Positions 1-12,264 of a stretch of 64,000 nt of DNA are shown piece by piece. Where the stretch lies: NCBI GenBank assembly GCA_977017645.1, contig OZ360229.1:89528001-89592000 (forward strand), given 5' to 3'. Made by a program: the position numbers and the translations under genes. The DNA comes from Torpedo marmorata. Its lineage: Eukaryota. The notes beneath the pieces are model-generated. The model had not been told where the DNA came from, did not search any database, and saw only the letters and a program-made list of their open reading frames with translations. The number at the start of each line of letters is the position of its first letter. Within the stretch, counting starts at the first letter, position 1.

Positions 1-536
1 ATCGTATCGAACAAACCACTTCACATCGAACAAACCACTTCGCCAACTAGGCCGACCAGATCACTAGAAGTGGGAGAAAGAGTGTTGGTACGAGATTACA
101 GAGATAATAAAGAAACTTGGGTAAGGGGCTTTATCATTAAGAAACTAAGCCTCTGTTCGTATTCCATACAAGTGGGAAGCGACACATCGACCAATTGAGA
201 GCAGTAGAAGATCCAATGATGACAGTACCAACAGAGGAGCCCCAAGATTTTCCAGTTTGGGTCAACGATGACACCCCAGTTATATCACCAAAGGATACGG
301 ATCTAGAGAGACGGGGAAGCAGTCCAGCCCAAGGCCTAAATAATGCTCATCGAAAACCAAGCTCCCAATCCCAGCGACCCGAGGAGGAGGTCTTCCCCGA
401 GAAGGCAAAGAGTCCAGAAAAAGCAAAGAGTCCCGAGAAGGCAAAGAATCCAGGGGTCCCGACGGACTCGGGAGCCCCGCCAAGATCACAAAGGCAACGA
501 CGCCCTCCGGAACGTCTGAGGGACTATGTACCATGA
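1..536 (+). mobile_element. Gypsy LTR retrotransposon, 3' end of pol (post-integrase C-terminal region), frameshifted
   Basis: Translates RSLEVGERVLVRDYR..W..G.I....SYSI, then (frameshift) KRHIDQLR, and ends RSQRQRRPPERLRDY. This pattern is typical of Gypsy integrase C-termini. It is followed by a PPT and an LTR. Confidence 0.8.
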
Positions 537-567
537 CTGGGACACTTGACATGTTATCACATTACGA

Positions 568-628
<61 letters not shown>
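568..628. repeat. (TG)n(TA)n compound microsatellite
   Basis: Directly visible. Confidence 0.97.
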
Positions 629-630
<2 letters not shown>

Positions 631-717
631 TGTTGTCGTAGTTTCATCATAATACTCTTTAGTCACTGTAGTTTAACATACTTGTTACCTGGGCATGTTT
701 AATCGCATATATTCTGT

Positions 718-886
718 GGGGGAGAAAGAGTGTTGTGGATACACGCAGGCTTGGTACGCCGCGTATGACGTCATGACGTACATATATAGTGTGGCGCAGG
801 AAACCATCTTTAGTTTAGTAATAAAGAATGAATGAAGCACCACGTCTCCGTGTGCTTGTGTAGATCTCAGCCTAGAATATACTACA
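718..886 (+). mobile_element. Polypurine tract (718-730) and short 3' LTR (731-886) of the Gypsy element
   Basis: GGGGGAGAAAGAG is immediately followed by TGTTGTG...TACTACA. Internal TATA-like TATATAG and AATAAA are present. Confidence 0.7.
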
Positions 887-1589
887 ATAATGAGCAATTA
901 ATAGTTGAGAAGACTGTAGGAACCAGCTGCATCAGTACTATTGCTCCCCTCCCCCCCAAACACACAGTAAATCTTCTTCAAATCATACTACAAAATGATT
1001 TATATCCATCTAATCAAATGGAAATACCTCAGTCAGGGCAACCTAAATCATCTGCTCAATTCCCAATCCTATCCCAAGGGTACAACCTCCTGCTTCAAAA
1101 AATGACAGTAGTAACAATTTGCTGAAATGGTCAATAAAACAGACGCAGAAAGTACAATGCTTTTTTTTCCTCATTCTCTCCTGACAATGGTCAGTCAGAA
1201 CAAGGGTAATTGCTACAGTCATGCTCATTTCCAAACTGAAGAGAAATCCCATCTGGATTTCTACACATGAACAGTGTCTAGTTACTTGCACCATCAAGTG
1301 CATGTGGACAGCAAGTACAGAATTCCAATTCTCTCCAAGCCAAATATTTTCAGGTGATCAAAGTCTAGAAAAGCACCATTAAAAGTGGCAACTAGGCCAA
1401 AGGAAAGGAGCAATGCAAAATGAAAACTGGATTCATCAAATCAGGCCACAACTTTGATATTAAAAACAAAACGGGGGCTGGGAAGGGGGAAGCAACATTG
1501 AAAATGATACACCTGAAGATTAATTACAAAATGACATTTCTATTTCTCCTCATGCCATCATGTCAATGCCAGTCCACGGAGCAATCCCA

Positions 1590-1826
1590 TTACCCACAAA
1601 TTTTCCCTATGACCTATTCTCTTCACATTCCCATTAACTCTCCCCAGTTTCTACCTCACCGACACACGAAGCTCAATTTGGGGAAATTAATTGACCAACC
1701 CACACTTTTAGGATGTGGATGGAAACCAGAGCACCCAGGAGAACATACAAATTACACAGCTCCAGAGATGAGATTTGAACCTGGGTTGCTGGACCTACAA
1801 GGCAGCTGCTTTACTAGTTGTGCCAC
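1590..1826 (-). mobile_element. Old, degraded V-SINE/HE1-like tRNA-derived SINE
   Basis: GGAAACCAGAGCACCCAGGAGAAC is the reverse complement of the V-domain. A tRNA-like head (TTTGAACCTGGG...TGTGCCAC) follows. Confidence 0.6.
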
Positions 1827-1847
1827 TAGTTATACAGTTATACTAGT

Positions 1848-2741
1848 TCTACTCATTATACACCCATGACTGTGGCCAGGCACAATTCCAATGCCATCTA
1901 CAAGTTTGCCGATGACACCATAGTTGTCGGCAGAATCACAAATGGCAATGAGGAAGCGTACAGGAGGGAGATAGATCAGCTCGTTGAATGGTGTAACGAT
2001 AACAACCTTAAGCTCAACGTCAGCAAAACCAAGGAGATGATTGTGGACTTCAGGAGGAAATCAGGGGAACACGACCCAGTCCTCATCGAGGGCTCGGTAG
2101 TGGAGAGGGTCAAGAACTTCAAATTCCTGGGTGTCAACATCTCCGAGGATCTGACCTGGAGCCTCCACGTTGATGCAATCACAAAGAAGGCTTGCCAGCT
2201 GCAATACTTTGTGAGGTGTCTGAGGAGATTTGGTATGTCACCGAAGACTCTTGTAAACTTCTACAAGTGTACCGTGGAGAGCATTCTGGCTGGTTGCATC
2301 ACTGCCTGGTATGGAGGCGCCAACTCTCAGGACAAGAGTAAACTCCAGAGGGTTGTCAACTCGGCCTGTGACATCACAGGTACCAAACTTCACTCCATCG
2401 AGGACATCTACATGAGGCGCTGTCTTAAAAAAGCAGCCTCTATCCTCAAAGACCCCCACCACCCAGCCCATGCCCTCTTCACTCTGCTACCATTGGGAAA
2501 AAGGTCCAGGAGCCTAAAGACGAGCACTCAACGGCACAAGGACAGCTTCTTCCCCGCTGCCATCAGATTCCTGAATAATCAATGAACCAAAGACACTGCC
2601 TTACTTTTCGTGCACTATTACTTATAATTTTCTATAGTAATGTCGTAAGATGGTTATATGAATGTTAATTGCACTATGATGCTGCCGCAAAACACCGAAT
2701 TTCATGACTTGTTCATGATAATAAAATTCTGATTCTGATTC
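1848..2741 (+). mobile_element. 5'-truncated Rex1/Babar-clade LINE (RT C-terminus, ORF 1866-2585)
   Basis: YKFADDT, LNVSKTKEMIVDFRR, FKFLG, DPHHPAHALF..LP.GKR and SFFPAAIRFLN motifs. 3' tail is AATAAA+(ATTCTG)n. Confidence 0.9.
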
Positions 2742-2832
2742 TACTGCCCATTGTCAAATTACACACTTAGTAACTTTTCCATAATGTTGGGTTTTATGGG
2801 TTATGCACAGGGTACATTAGGACACATTTATC

Positions 2833-4705
2833 ACAAGATATAGGAGCAGAAGTAGGCCAATCGGCCCGTCAAGTCTGCTCTGCCACTTTATTATGAGCTA
2901 ATCCATCCTCCCATTCAGCCCCACTCCCCGGCCTTCTTCCCGTAACCCTTGATGCCCTGACTACAAATACCTGTCAATCTCCGCCTTAAATACACCAGTG
3001 GCAACATTCCACAGACTCGCGACCCACTTGCTAAAGAAATATCTCCACATCTGTTTTAAATTGACGTCCTTTTATCCTGAAGTTGTGCCCTCTCGTCCTA
3101 GACTCCCCTACCATGGGAAACAACCTTGCCTCATCTACTCTGATCAGGCCTTTCAGCATTCAAAATGTCTGAGGTCCCCCCTCATCCTTCTGTACTCCAA
3201 CGAGTACAATCCAAGAGCCGACCAACGTTCCTCATATGTTAACCCTTTCATTCCTGTTATCATTCTAGTAAATCTTCTCTGAAACCTCTCCAACGTCAGC
3301 ACATCCCTTCTCAAATAAGGCACCCAAAACTGTACACAATACTCCAAGTAAGGTCTCACCAGTGCCCTATAGAGTCTCAACATTACATCCCTGCTCTTGT
3401 ATGCTATTACTCTAGAAATGAATGACAACATTGCATTCGCCTTCTTCACCAGTGACTCAACGGGGAAGTTAAATGTTAGCGTATCCTGCACGAGGACTCC
3501 CAAGTTCCTTTGCACCTCCAAATTATGAATTTTCTCCCCATCTAAATAATAGTCTGCCCGTTTATTTCTTCTACCAAAGTGTATGATCGTACACTTTCCA
3601 ACATTTTATTTCATCTGCCACCTCTTTGCCCATTCTCCTAATCTATCCATCTCCCTGCAATCTTTCTGTATCTTCAGTGCCACCTGCCCTACCATATATT
3701 TTGGTATCATCTGCAAATTTAGCCACAAAGCCATCTATTCCATAATCCAAATCATTTATATACAACGTAAAAAGAAGTGGCCCCAAAACCAACCCCTGTG
3801 GAAGACCACTGGTAACCGGTAGCCAACCAGAATAGGATCCCTTTATTCGAACTCTGTTTCCTGCCAATCAGCCAATGCTCTACCCATGCTAGTATCCTTC
3901 CTGTAATTCCATGGGCTCTCATCTTGTTTATGTGTGGCACCTTGTCGAAGGTCTTTTGAAAATCCAAATACACAACATCCACTGCGTCTCCTCTGTCTAT
4001 CCTACTTATGATCTCTTCAGAAAATTGTAGTAGGTTTGTCAGGCATAATTTTCCTTTAAGGAAACCATGAAGACTTGGGCCTATCTTGTCATGCGCCTCA
4101 AGGTACTCCGTAACCTCATCCTTGACAATGGACTCCAACAGCTTTCCAACCACTGGCTAATAGGTCTATAATTTCCTTTCTGCTGCCTCCCTCCCTTCTT
4201 AAACAGTGGAGTGACATTAATGATCCTCAGTCCACCGGAACCACATCAGAATCCATTGATTCCTGGAAGATCATTACCAATGCCTCCACAATCTCTTCAG
4301 CTACCTCCTTCAAAACACGAGGGTGCATTCCATTCGGTCCGGGAGACTTGTCTACCCTTAGACCATTTAGCTTCTCTCGTGATCTTGATTGCACTCACTT
4401 CTCTTCCCAAAGACCCTTGATGGTTTCTGGGAAGAGAAGACATCAGTGTGCTACTGATGCCTTCCACAGTGAAGAATGATCCAAAATGTTCATTCAGTTC
4501 CTCTGCCATTTCCTTGTCTCCCATGACAATTTCTCCAGTGTCATTCTCTATCGGTCCTATGTCTACATTTGTCTTTCTTTTACTCTTTATATTTTTAAAA
4601 AAGCTTTTAGCATCCTCTGATCTTATTTGCTAACCTTTCATAATTCATCTTTTCCTTCCTAATCACCTTTTTAGTTGTCTTCTAAGTTTTTAAAAAGCTT
4701 CCCAG
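2833..4705 (-). mobile_element. CR1-clade (HER1-like) LINE, frameshifted ORF2
   Basis: ORF fragments YLDFQKTFDKVPH, GLPQGLVLGPLLF, KFADDTK and LVRPYLEYCVQFW on the minus strand. 3' end near 2835. Confidence 0.92.
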
Positions 4706-4712
4706 TTTTAAA

Positions 4713-4970
4713 GGGCGGCATGGGGTTGGCGTAGCGGTTAGCGCCACGCCTTTACAGCGCCAGCGATCAGGACCGGACCAGGGTTTGAATCCCACGCTGT
4801 CTGTAAGGAGTTTGTACGTTCTCCCCGTGTCTGCGTGGGTTTTCTCCGGGGGCTCCGGCTTCTTCCCACCATTCAAAAACGTACCGGGGGTGCAGGTTAA
4901 TGGGTGTAAATGGGGCGGCACGGACCCGTGGGCCGAAATGGCCTGTTACCATGCTGTATGTCTAAAAAAA
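4713..4970 (+). mobile_element. V-SINE (HE1-like) tRNA-derived SINE
   Basis: A/B-box-like head (TGGCGTAGCGG, GGTTTGAATCC), V-domain GGAGTTTGTACGTTCTCCCCGTGTCTGCGTGGGTTT, and CR1-like tail GGGCCGAAATGGCCTGTTACCATGCTGTA. Confidence 0.9.
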
Positions 4971-5211
4971 GAGCCAAGCTTCCTTCTTTATTGTACAAGA
5001 ACGGACAAAGTAATTCCCAAGGAACACATGGGAAGATTACTTTTAACATTCATTCTATGAGATGGTTCATTAACTTAATATTTTATTTAAATCATCTATG
5101 AGATGCAGGGTTTCAAGTAAAACTATGTATGAAAACCACCGCTGAAATCATGCAATATGCCTCTGCCAAAAGTTAGATAGACACCATCTTGAATGACCAG
5201 TTCAGACTTAC

Positions 5212-5396
5212 CTGCCTGTATCGTAACAAGTGACTGGTTGTTCGAGAGTTTAGCAATGCAGTCAAGACTTGCTTTAGAGAGATCTGCAGTTCCTTGCCTA
5301 GTGCCAGCCGCCATTCTGCAGGATGTTGCTCCGTACAATTTATGCATGTGTATGCCACACTTTCTGGAAGATTTGACAAGATTTCATACATCTCAT
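5212..5396 (-). CDS. KMT2A: KMT2A exon 15 equivalent (end of PHD3, start of bromodomain)
   Basis: 185 nt, AG/GT flanks, phase 1 to 0. (D)EMYEILSNLPESVAYTCINCTEQHPAEWRLAL..ELQISLKQVLTALLNSRTTSHLLRYRQ. Confidence 0.97.
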
Positions 5397-6821
5397 CTGG
5401 ATGAAGATAAAATCAATGGTAAAAATTGTCATGCATAACAAGGCAAAATTTTGATTTTAACAGAACAGATTCTATAAAATTTTCAAACCAATATATGGGG
5501 AATATGCATGAGTTTTGAAAACAGTGCAAAACAAAGGGTGCAAAGCACTCATGCAGCTACATGTTGATCTAAAAAAGTCCTCGGACCTTTAATTTTCCTG
5601 TCAACTGAACTGATTCTAGCCAATCAGTCCATTGTGCAGTACAAAAGTGGGAATCAGCGAGGCAATCAAACTTGTGTTTGATTTTTTTTATTGGGTCTAC
5701 TTCATGAGACATGAGTACTAACATGGAAATTCAGAATTGGGCAGTCACGAGAGAAAGATAGAAGTGGAAAAGGTACAAGTCCTTAGAGAAAATAAGTGTC
5801 TTGGATAAAAATGGGATAAAATATGTCACGTTAGACAAGTTCAAAGGAGATTCAGCATGTATTTAAAATTGATCACTGCGGACTCCCTAAATTTGTACGT
5901 GAACATCGTGCCATCTGCCAATTATACAGTATTCATCTTGGGACAATTCCTGACATTAACGGTCACCAGGCTTAAGAATGCACCATTCTCTCGACTGCTG
6001 CAGGAGCTATTAATAATTTTAATTATCCATATTATTGGGGCAAGTAGGTCCCATATGAAAGAAAACTAGGGAAGGGTGAGGGGGAAAAGGGAGAAAAAAA
6101 AATTGCTATATTTCATTTATTATAAAAACAGGCCATTCAGATCCATTAGCCTGTACAGCCGTTTGATTACATCATTTTGATTGGACTCTTAACTAATCAT
6201 TCTGGTACCATAATCATTTTTGCCCTCACCCAACAAAAGCACTGCCAGTTAACTTTAAAAAATCAAGCAGAGAACAGCAAAGAATATGGGCAGAGGAAGA
6301 CTGAACTAATGCTGCAATATAACTTATCCAACCAATGAGTCAATTAAGATGTGTCTTTTTGTTAAAAGATGCATTTTAATACATTTTATATCAAAATTCC
6401 TTTAAATGTATCAAAAGATCTCCCCAAAATCCAGTTAAATATAGAACAAAAACCTGCAAATACAAATTAAAAATGGCATTTTCATTTTGATAACTCATTA
6501 AAATTTAAAATTCTAACAACTTCCAGGCAAAAAAAAGCAGCTTGTAGTTTTATAACAAACTAAACAGGAGCAGAATGTTATATAAAACTAGAAGAAAAAT
6601 ATTATGGATTTTAACTTCAGATGGTCAGAAAGCATGTGGACTATTCACATAAAAAACTGAACATGAACTTGAGAGGCTACTTACTGTTATGCATTTATAA
6701 TTTGTACTGAGAACTCAAAACAAATGAAATCTAAACCATGCAAAAACGCAAACTATCAATTGCATCTTCTCAGTGGGTTGTCAACATTCAACCAGAAAAC
6801 AAATTCTGCGCTTTAAAATAC

Positions 6822-6935
6822 CTGACAAGCTTTCACACTTTGCATGAACCCAACGATCACATTTTCCACACTGCATCATCTTGCTTTCATAATCATCATC
6901 ATCGTAGCACTTGTCACACAATGGGCAGAAATTTC
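6822..6935 (-). CDS. KMT2A: KMT2A exon 14 equivalent (PHD3)
   Basis: 114 nt, AG/GT, phase 1 to 1. GNFCPLCDKCYDDDDYESKMMQCGKCDRWVHAKCESLS. Confidence 0.97.
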
Positions 6936-8106
6936 CTAAAAATAAACACCAATTTACATCAACATAGTGTGTATCCTTCCAGTATCCTTGATAATCCCCA
7001 ACACTGCTGACATAAGCTGTATTCATAATTTATGAAAATGGTGAGCATTCTATTGCTCAACATGTACAAGATTCAAATATTATAAGGCATAAATAATGGA
7101 GCTAATCGACCAGCTGCTAGGTTTTACCATTAGAGTTAAGGTGACGCACTTAGGAAAACAAAAATAGCTCCTTGCATCCATTTTCGGGAACAAATAGAAG
7201 GGAATCACTGAGTAAAACTCGCTCGAGTTGAATTCAATTAAATCAGAACTTTACTTATTGTCACTGGAAACAATTACACCTTTTTAATTCACTCTGAATG
7301 GTATAGGTTCCAGCTTACTCGTTAGTTTTCTGTTTATGTGCTATTGGGCACAGCATGCTACCTAATGAATGTCTTATCCTCCTCAACTGTGATAGTGTCA
7401 TCACACAATTTAATCTATGACCCTGAACCCAACCCAAATAATGAATCAAAACCAAGAAATGAGGAAGAATTAAAGTCTACTTGGAGTACCAGTGTACAAG
7501 CTGTAAAAGTTACTTATGTTGCTTTCTCCCAGACATCATTAGCTGAATCCTTTTTCCTTCGAGGTAAAAACTTGAAAGAATCATAGCGATGTGAGACTTC
7601 CAAATAGATAATCCTTGGATTGTCATTTGGCTTCCACTACAATATAATGACTTACACTACAATGCAGCTTTCAATGAGATTTTAATATCTCTCATATGCA
7701 AGTTTCTATAATACACAAAACATCTATACAGTAAGCTAAAGTTTCTAACAGGCAAGATCCCTCCCACAACCCCAGCATGAAAATGCATAGGAGTCAGTAT
7801 ACCCATGATTCATGACCTTACTAATCACAACTTTTTTTTATATAAATAGAGGCAACAGTAGTAACATGACTGAAAATCACGAGTTCTTTCAACCCTCATT
7901 TGTTGTCTTAAAGGGTCTATCACTTAAGAACACAATTTTATATTTTCCAAACAGTACAAATCACTACTTTGACACATTATCTACCTTGTTGTGAGCAAAG
8001 CTGTTAGTAATCTGCATTCCATTGTTTGAAAATGACTATAACTGCTGCATTATAATAGATATCCAGGAATGACCACATGGTAAACAAAATAAATTCACAT
8101 GCTTAC

Positions 8107-8227
8107 CTTTATCAAAAAGCTTTGCACATTCATGACATAAAGAAAAATCATGTGACCACTGTGCATCCCAGCCTTTCCCTGGCGTTGTAGCTCCACAACT
8201 CTTACATCGTACACATTTGGTGCATAT
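8107..8227 (-). CDS. KMT2A: KMT2A exon 13 equivalent
   Basis: 121 nt, AG/GT. ICTKCVRCKSCGATTPGKGWDAQWSHDFSLCHECAKLFDK. Not in the ORF track; read manually. Confidence 0.97.
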
Positions 8228-9321
8228 CTACAGCGGAGGAGATCTTTATTAGAAAACATTAAGGTGGTGTCAAATTAAAACAGAAAATGAAATAAGCAAA
8301 CAGAGCAACACCATCTATCTGAAAGAGATGCAATCGAAGTGAAAAAATGGTGACATCTAAAGGATAAACAATCTGTTCTGATAAAGGATCCAAACCAAAA
8401 GGTTAGCCTTCATTTTTCAGATTATGATCAACTCACTGTGCATTTTCAATATTCTCTATTTTTTTCAGATTTATGGACTTTAATATCTTAACACAACTCA
8501 AACAATTTAAAGTCAAAGCTAAAGGGTTTATCAATTTCTCTTCCTGTGCCTGGTTGGGAGACCAATGCTAAAAATCCATTGAGCTCAAATCTGACCCTCA
8601 AACTCTACCAACATTTAAATTGACATTTAAATTGAAATTTATGTACTAATGTTTCTTGCTTGCAAGATGATAGCTCCAGCAACACTAATAAACTACGTTG
8701 GAACCTCCAAATTTGACACTGCTTCAGTAAAAATGTTTTGGCAGGCTTAGGAGCTATGGAAATATTTTGAAAGAATTGTTATTCAGTTGCATGTTACTGA
8801 GACACATCAATGCACTGCTTCACCATGCTGCCCTTGGTTAATTAATTTGGTTCCATGCAGGTAACAGGAGGAATCTTATTGGCAGTTGCAAAAAAATAAA
8901 ACCTGGACTTCATTTGCTCATGCGGACGCAGAGAAAAAGAAGAACAGTAATCAATCAGCCAGCAGGAAGAAAACAAAGTGGAATCTTTATCCAGTGGCAA
9001 CAGAAATGGAAATTTGTAGAATATCAAAGCAGGGACCTTTGAGAAGGAAGAGTCAAATCAAGGCTGCTTTGAAATATTAAACTGAACTTCAATGAAATTT
9101 TCCTCACCAAGAGCTGGGCTAATCCTGTAGTAAATATTCCATAATGAAGAACTACATTAATATTTTAACAATTATTTATTTGATTAGTACATCTTCATGA
9201 TGTCAAGTCATTTTATCTGTGCATTCCACATTAAAATAGAAAGCAATAGACATGTTCACATTTTGAAGAAATTAAGTGAAGATAAGACAGAAACAACTCT
9301 GCATCAATTAATAAGGCTCAC

Positions 9322-9417
9322 CCAGACTTTCTTTTTCTTAGTTGGTTTTGTTGGGTAATTTGGTCCCAGGCACTCGGGATGATAGCTGTTTCGGCACTTG
9401 CCACACTCAAGAAGCTG
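9322..9417 (-). CDS. KMT2A: KMT2A exon 12 equivalent (PHD2)
   Basis: 96 nt, AG/GT. QLLECGKCRNSYHPECLGPNYPTKPTKKKKVW. Confidence 0.97.
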
Positions 9418-10756
9418 CTGTGTTTAAAAAAAAAAGTTTTAAGAATTGATATTTTATTTTTCTTGCGATTCAGTACTAGAAACTAACCATTCAGATAATT
9501 TTCCTTCCTTCTCCATCACTGTTCCACTTGCACTCTACTTACATTCTCATTAACATAGAGTTCACTCCAGGATTAACCATGAGTAGGCAAAAATAAATAA
9601 AAAATGGCTAGTTACACAATCCATCAACTATAAAAGCAAAAGACAAGCTACAGTTTTGAGTGCAAACTCCTAAGTAGAAAACTAGCCAAAGAATGAATAG
9701 AAAATCACAAGGAAATCTAGTAAAACTACTTTTATCTGATAACAAATTGGTGCTATATAGATAGTGGACAAAACTCACTCTTTAATCAGATACATGTACA
9801 GGTGACAACTGAACTGCGGCAGTTCAGGTCACAGAAAAATGGCTTATGTGAAATCTACAAATGACTACCAAAAATTCTGGGATATGGAACAAAAATGTGC
9901 TCTTACAAAATTTATCTGAGAAAGTAAATTAAATAAACATTATTTTTCAATTTGCACTTCTCGTTACAGAAAATCATGTTATGAACTGTTTACTACGAAC
10001 AACCCCCCCACTCCAATACATGGGTCACCTTACTATTATACTCCTGATTTCATTTGGGACATTATGGAGAAGCACTTCCCCAGGTGGTATAAATTCCAGT
10101 AAAAAACATAAATGCTGGAGAAACTCAGCAGGTCTACAGATTTTTGTGATTTACTACAGTATAAATTCCAGGGTTTGGCACCTCTTGGCTTTGCCCTCAA
10201 TTGCAACAGGAGACATTGAAGGCAGGTCCTGACTTCTCTAGAGCTGATATATGCAACCAGGAACACTCAGAATGGTGAAGTAAACAGCTCAACTTAAAAT
10301 GGGAGAACATGCGTATATTTTGCAAATAATAAATATTTACTTTGGAAAAAAATAACTGATTCTGTAAGAAATGTGATTTTTCTTGTAGTGGGAGGGGGAG
10401 AGGTGGTTGAGAAGGCAAGAAGATATCCTAAAAATTTGAGTTAGCTTAAGGCTTAACTTCGCGGTGTTTTATTTTAATTTTTTTAAATGTGAAAATCATC
10501 CTCATGACATTTTTGTTCCATTCTTGCAGTCATTGTAATGTACATGGATGAGGGAAGGAAAAGAATAAAATTCCAAAATCTTTTGGTACTCCTTCTACTG
10601 CAGACAATGAAAATCGTTCTTGGAGTATACTACTCAAGTTTAATGTTGTGGACGATTTTAAATGATGAATTAAGACCAAGTCGAAATTTTGCCTAAATCC
10701 AACCAAAATGACTCATCGGAAATGTTCATACATAGCTCACTATCTGATACCATTAC

Positions 10757-10903
10757 CTTTGATGATTTATTTTGTCGGCAACAAACATGGCAGAACTTGC
10801 AACGCCGGCAACACCAATTCTCCCACTGTTCCTCTAAGGGGCGTTCATTCTCCTCCAAGCAGAAGAGGTGGAAGGGTTCGCAGCATACCTGACAGTAAAT
10901 AAA
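10757..10903 (-). CDS. KMT2A: KMT2A exon 11 equivalent (PHD1/PHD2)
   Basis: 147 nt, AG/GT. FIYCQVCCEPFHLFCLEENERPLEEQWENWCCRRCKFCHVCCRQNKSSK. Confidence 0.97.
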
Positions 10904-10959
10904 CTGCAAAAGAATTGAAATGGAGAAAAATCAGTAATCATCACACTTAAAGCAAAAAA

Positions 10960-11655
10960 ACCTGCACAGATACAGCACCTTTCACAAGATCCCAAAGCAT
11001 TTTATTGCTACCAACATAGTTGTTAAGATAGCTTTGGGTGCACTGTAGAAAATAAGGTTGTCAATTCACACACAGCAAGTTCCCTCAAACAATTATGAGA
11101 TAAGAGACACAATTTATTTTAGTGATAACGATAGAGATAAATAGTGACTGGGGAAATTACATTGCAAATCTTCCACAAAATAGTTTCCTGGCATCTTTTA
11201 AATCCACCTAAATATAAATGGGACATCCTTTTAACATCTCATCCACAAATCGATGACCCTAACTGCATATAGTGTTCCCTCAGTCGTATTGCGATGTTTG
11301 CTTTGATTTTGCATCCAAATCCATGGGAAGAGAGTAAAACACAATGCTGGAGAAACTCAGCAGGTCAAACAGTGTCCTTTATATAGCAAAGATATAAATA
11401 CATAACCGACGTTTCAGGCTTGAGCCCTTCATCAAGGTAAGATGAAGGGCCTTGATGAAGGGCTCAAGCCCGAAAAGTCAGTTACCGGTATGTATTTTTA
11501 TCCTTGCTATATAAAGGACATTGTTTGACCTGCTGAGTTTCTCCAGCATTGTGTTTTACTTCAACCACCGTGTCTGCAGACTTTCGTGTTTTACTTCCAT
11601 GGGAAGGGATTTGTGGGTACATCCTAACTCAAAGATGAACACATTATCACAGTGC
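10960..11655 (-). mobile_element. Ancient Deu-domain SINE (SacSINE1-like), interrupted by a Penelope-type insertion
   Basis: Blocks such as CACACAGCAAGTTCCC, ATCTTTTAAATCCACCT, TTTAACATCTCATCC and TCCCTCAGT resemble the reverse complement of the Deu-SINE consensus as recalled. The sequence resumes after the duplication at 11596-11606. Confidence 0.55.
11331..11595. mobile_element. Penelope-like element remnant: inverted pseudo-LTR pair
   Basis: About 105-bp inverted arms (11333-11437 and 11450-11560), flanked by the 11-bp direct repeat TCCATGGGAAG (11320-11330, 11596-11606). The same GCTGGAGAAACTCAGCAGGT motif is linked to GIY-YIG sequence at 24.5-25.1 kb. Confidence 0.8.
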
Positions 11656-12150
11656 ATTACCTTGAATTAAGTAAACAGTATTAATCAGCATTTTTGCAAG
11701 TTCCACAGCTTAAATAAATGTGCTGATGTGCAAGCCACTATAAAGTCCACTGAGAAATTTACAGATGATAACCAAAAGACTTTTACTTTCCATTGCAATT
11801 CAGTAATTAGTAGTTCAAATGTCATGTAGCAACAAACACACCAGAGGTATTCATCATGTTAAGATAAGGCAATAACTTCGTTTCTCACTACCATTTTCCT
11901 AAGCTTTTCGATGCTCCAAGTATGAACACTCTTTTCTAACCACTGCATTTAAATTTTCCTGTAAACTTCATCCTGCCTGTTATTTAAATGAAAAGATCTA
12001 ATAAGCTGTAATTAGATTCCTCTAAAAATCAGTTTTGAGGTATGCTGCTCTAAACAGAGGTTTGCTTCCTTCAACACATTGAGTAATACTTGATATCAAA
12101 TCCAAATTAACCTACAATTACGGTAAATAAGCACAAGCAGGAAACTATAC

Positions 12151-12264
12151 CTCAACATGTCCGCTGCTGGCGCAGAGGAAGCACACCACCCTAGGAGTGA
12201 TGGGTACAGATGTCAGGATGCTAAGTCCACCCATTTCCCACACATTTTCCACATCACAGTCCTC
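12151..12264 (-). CDS. KMT2A: KMT2A exon 10 equivalent (start of PHD1)
   Basis: 114 nt, AG/GT. EDCDVENVWEMGGLSILTSVPITPRVVCFLCASSGHVE. Confidence 0.97.

Noticed and set aside
900-5200. KMT2A exon 16 (AAKPPDLNPETE-like)
   Set aside because: Not found on the minus strand. It presumably lies beyond the Gypsy element at the left edge.
7727-7733. TACAGTA/TACTGTA occurrences as Tc1 footprints
   Set aside because: These are plausible, but the 7-mer is expected by chance in AT-rich DNA and there is no internal control.
9415-9420. CAGCAG tandem acceptor at exon 12 (plus or minus Gln)
   Set aside because: NAGNAG acceptors are common and there is no evidence of use from sequence alone.
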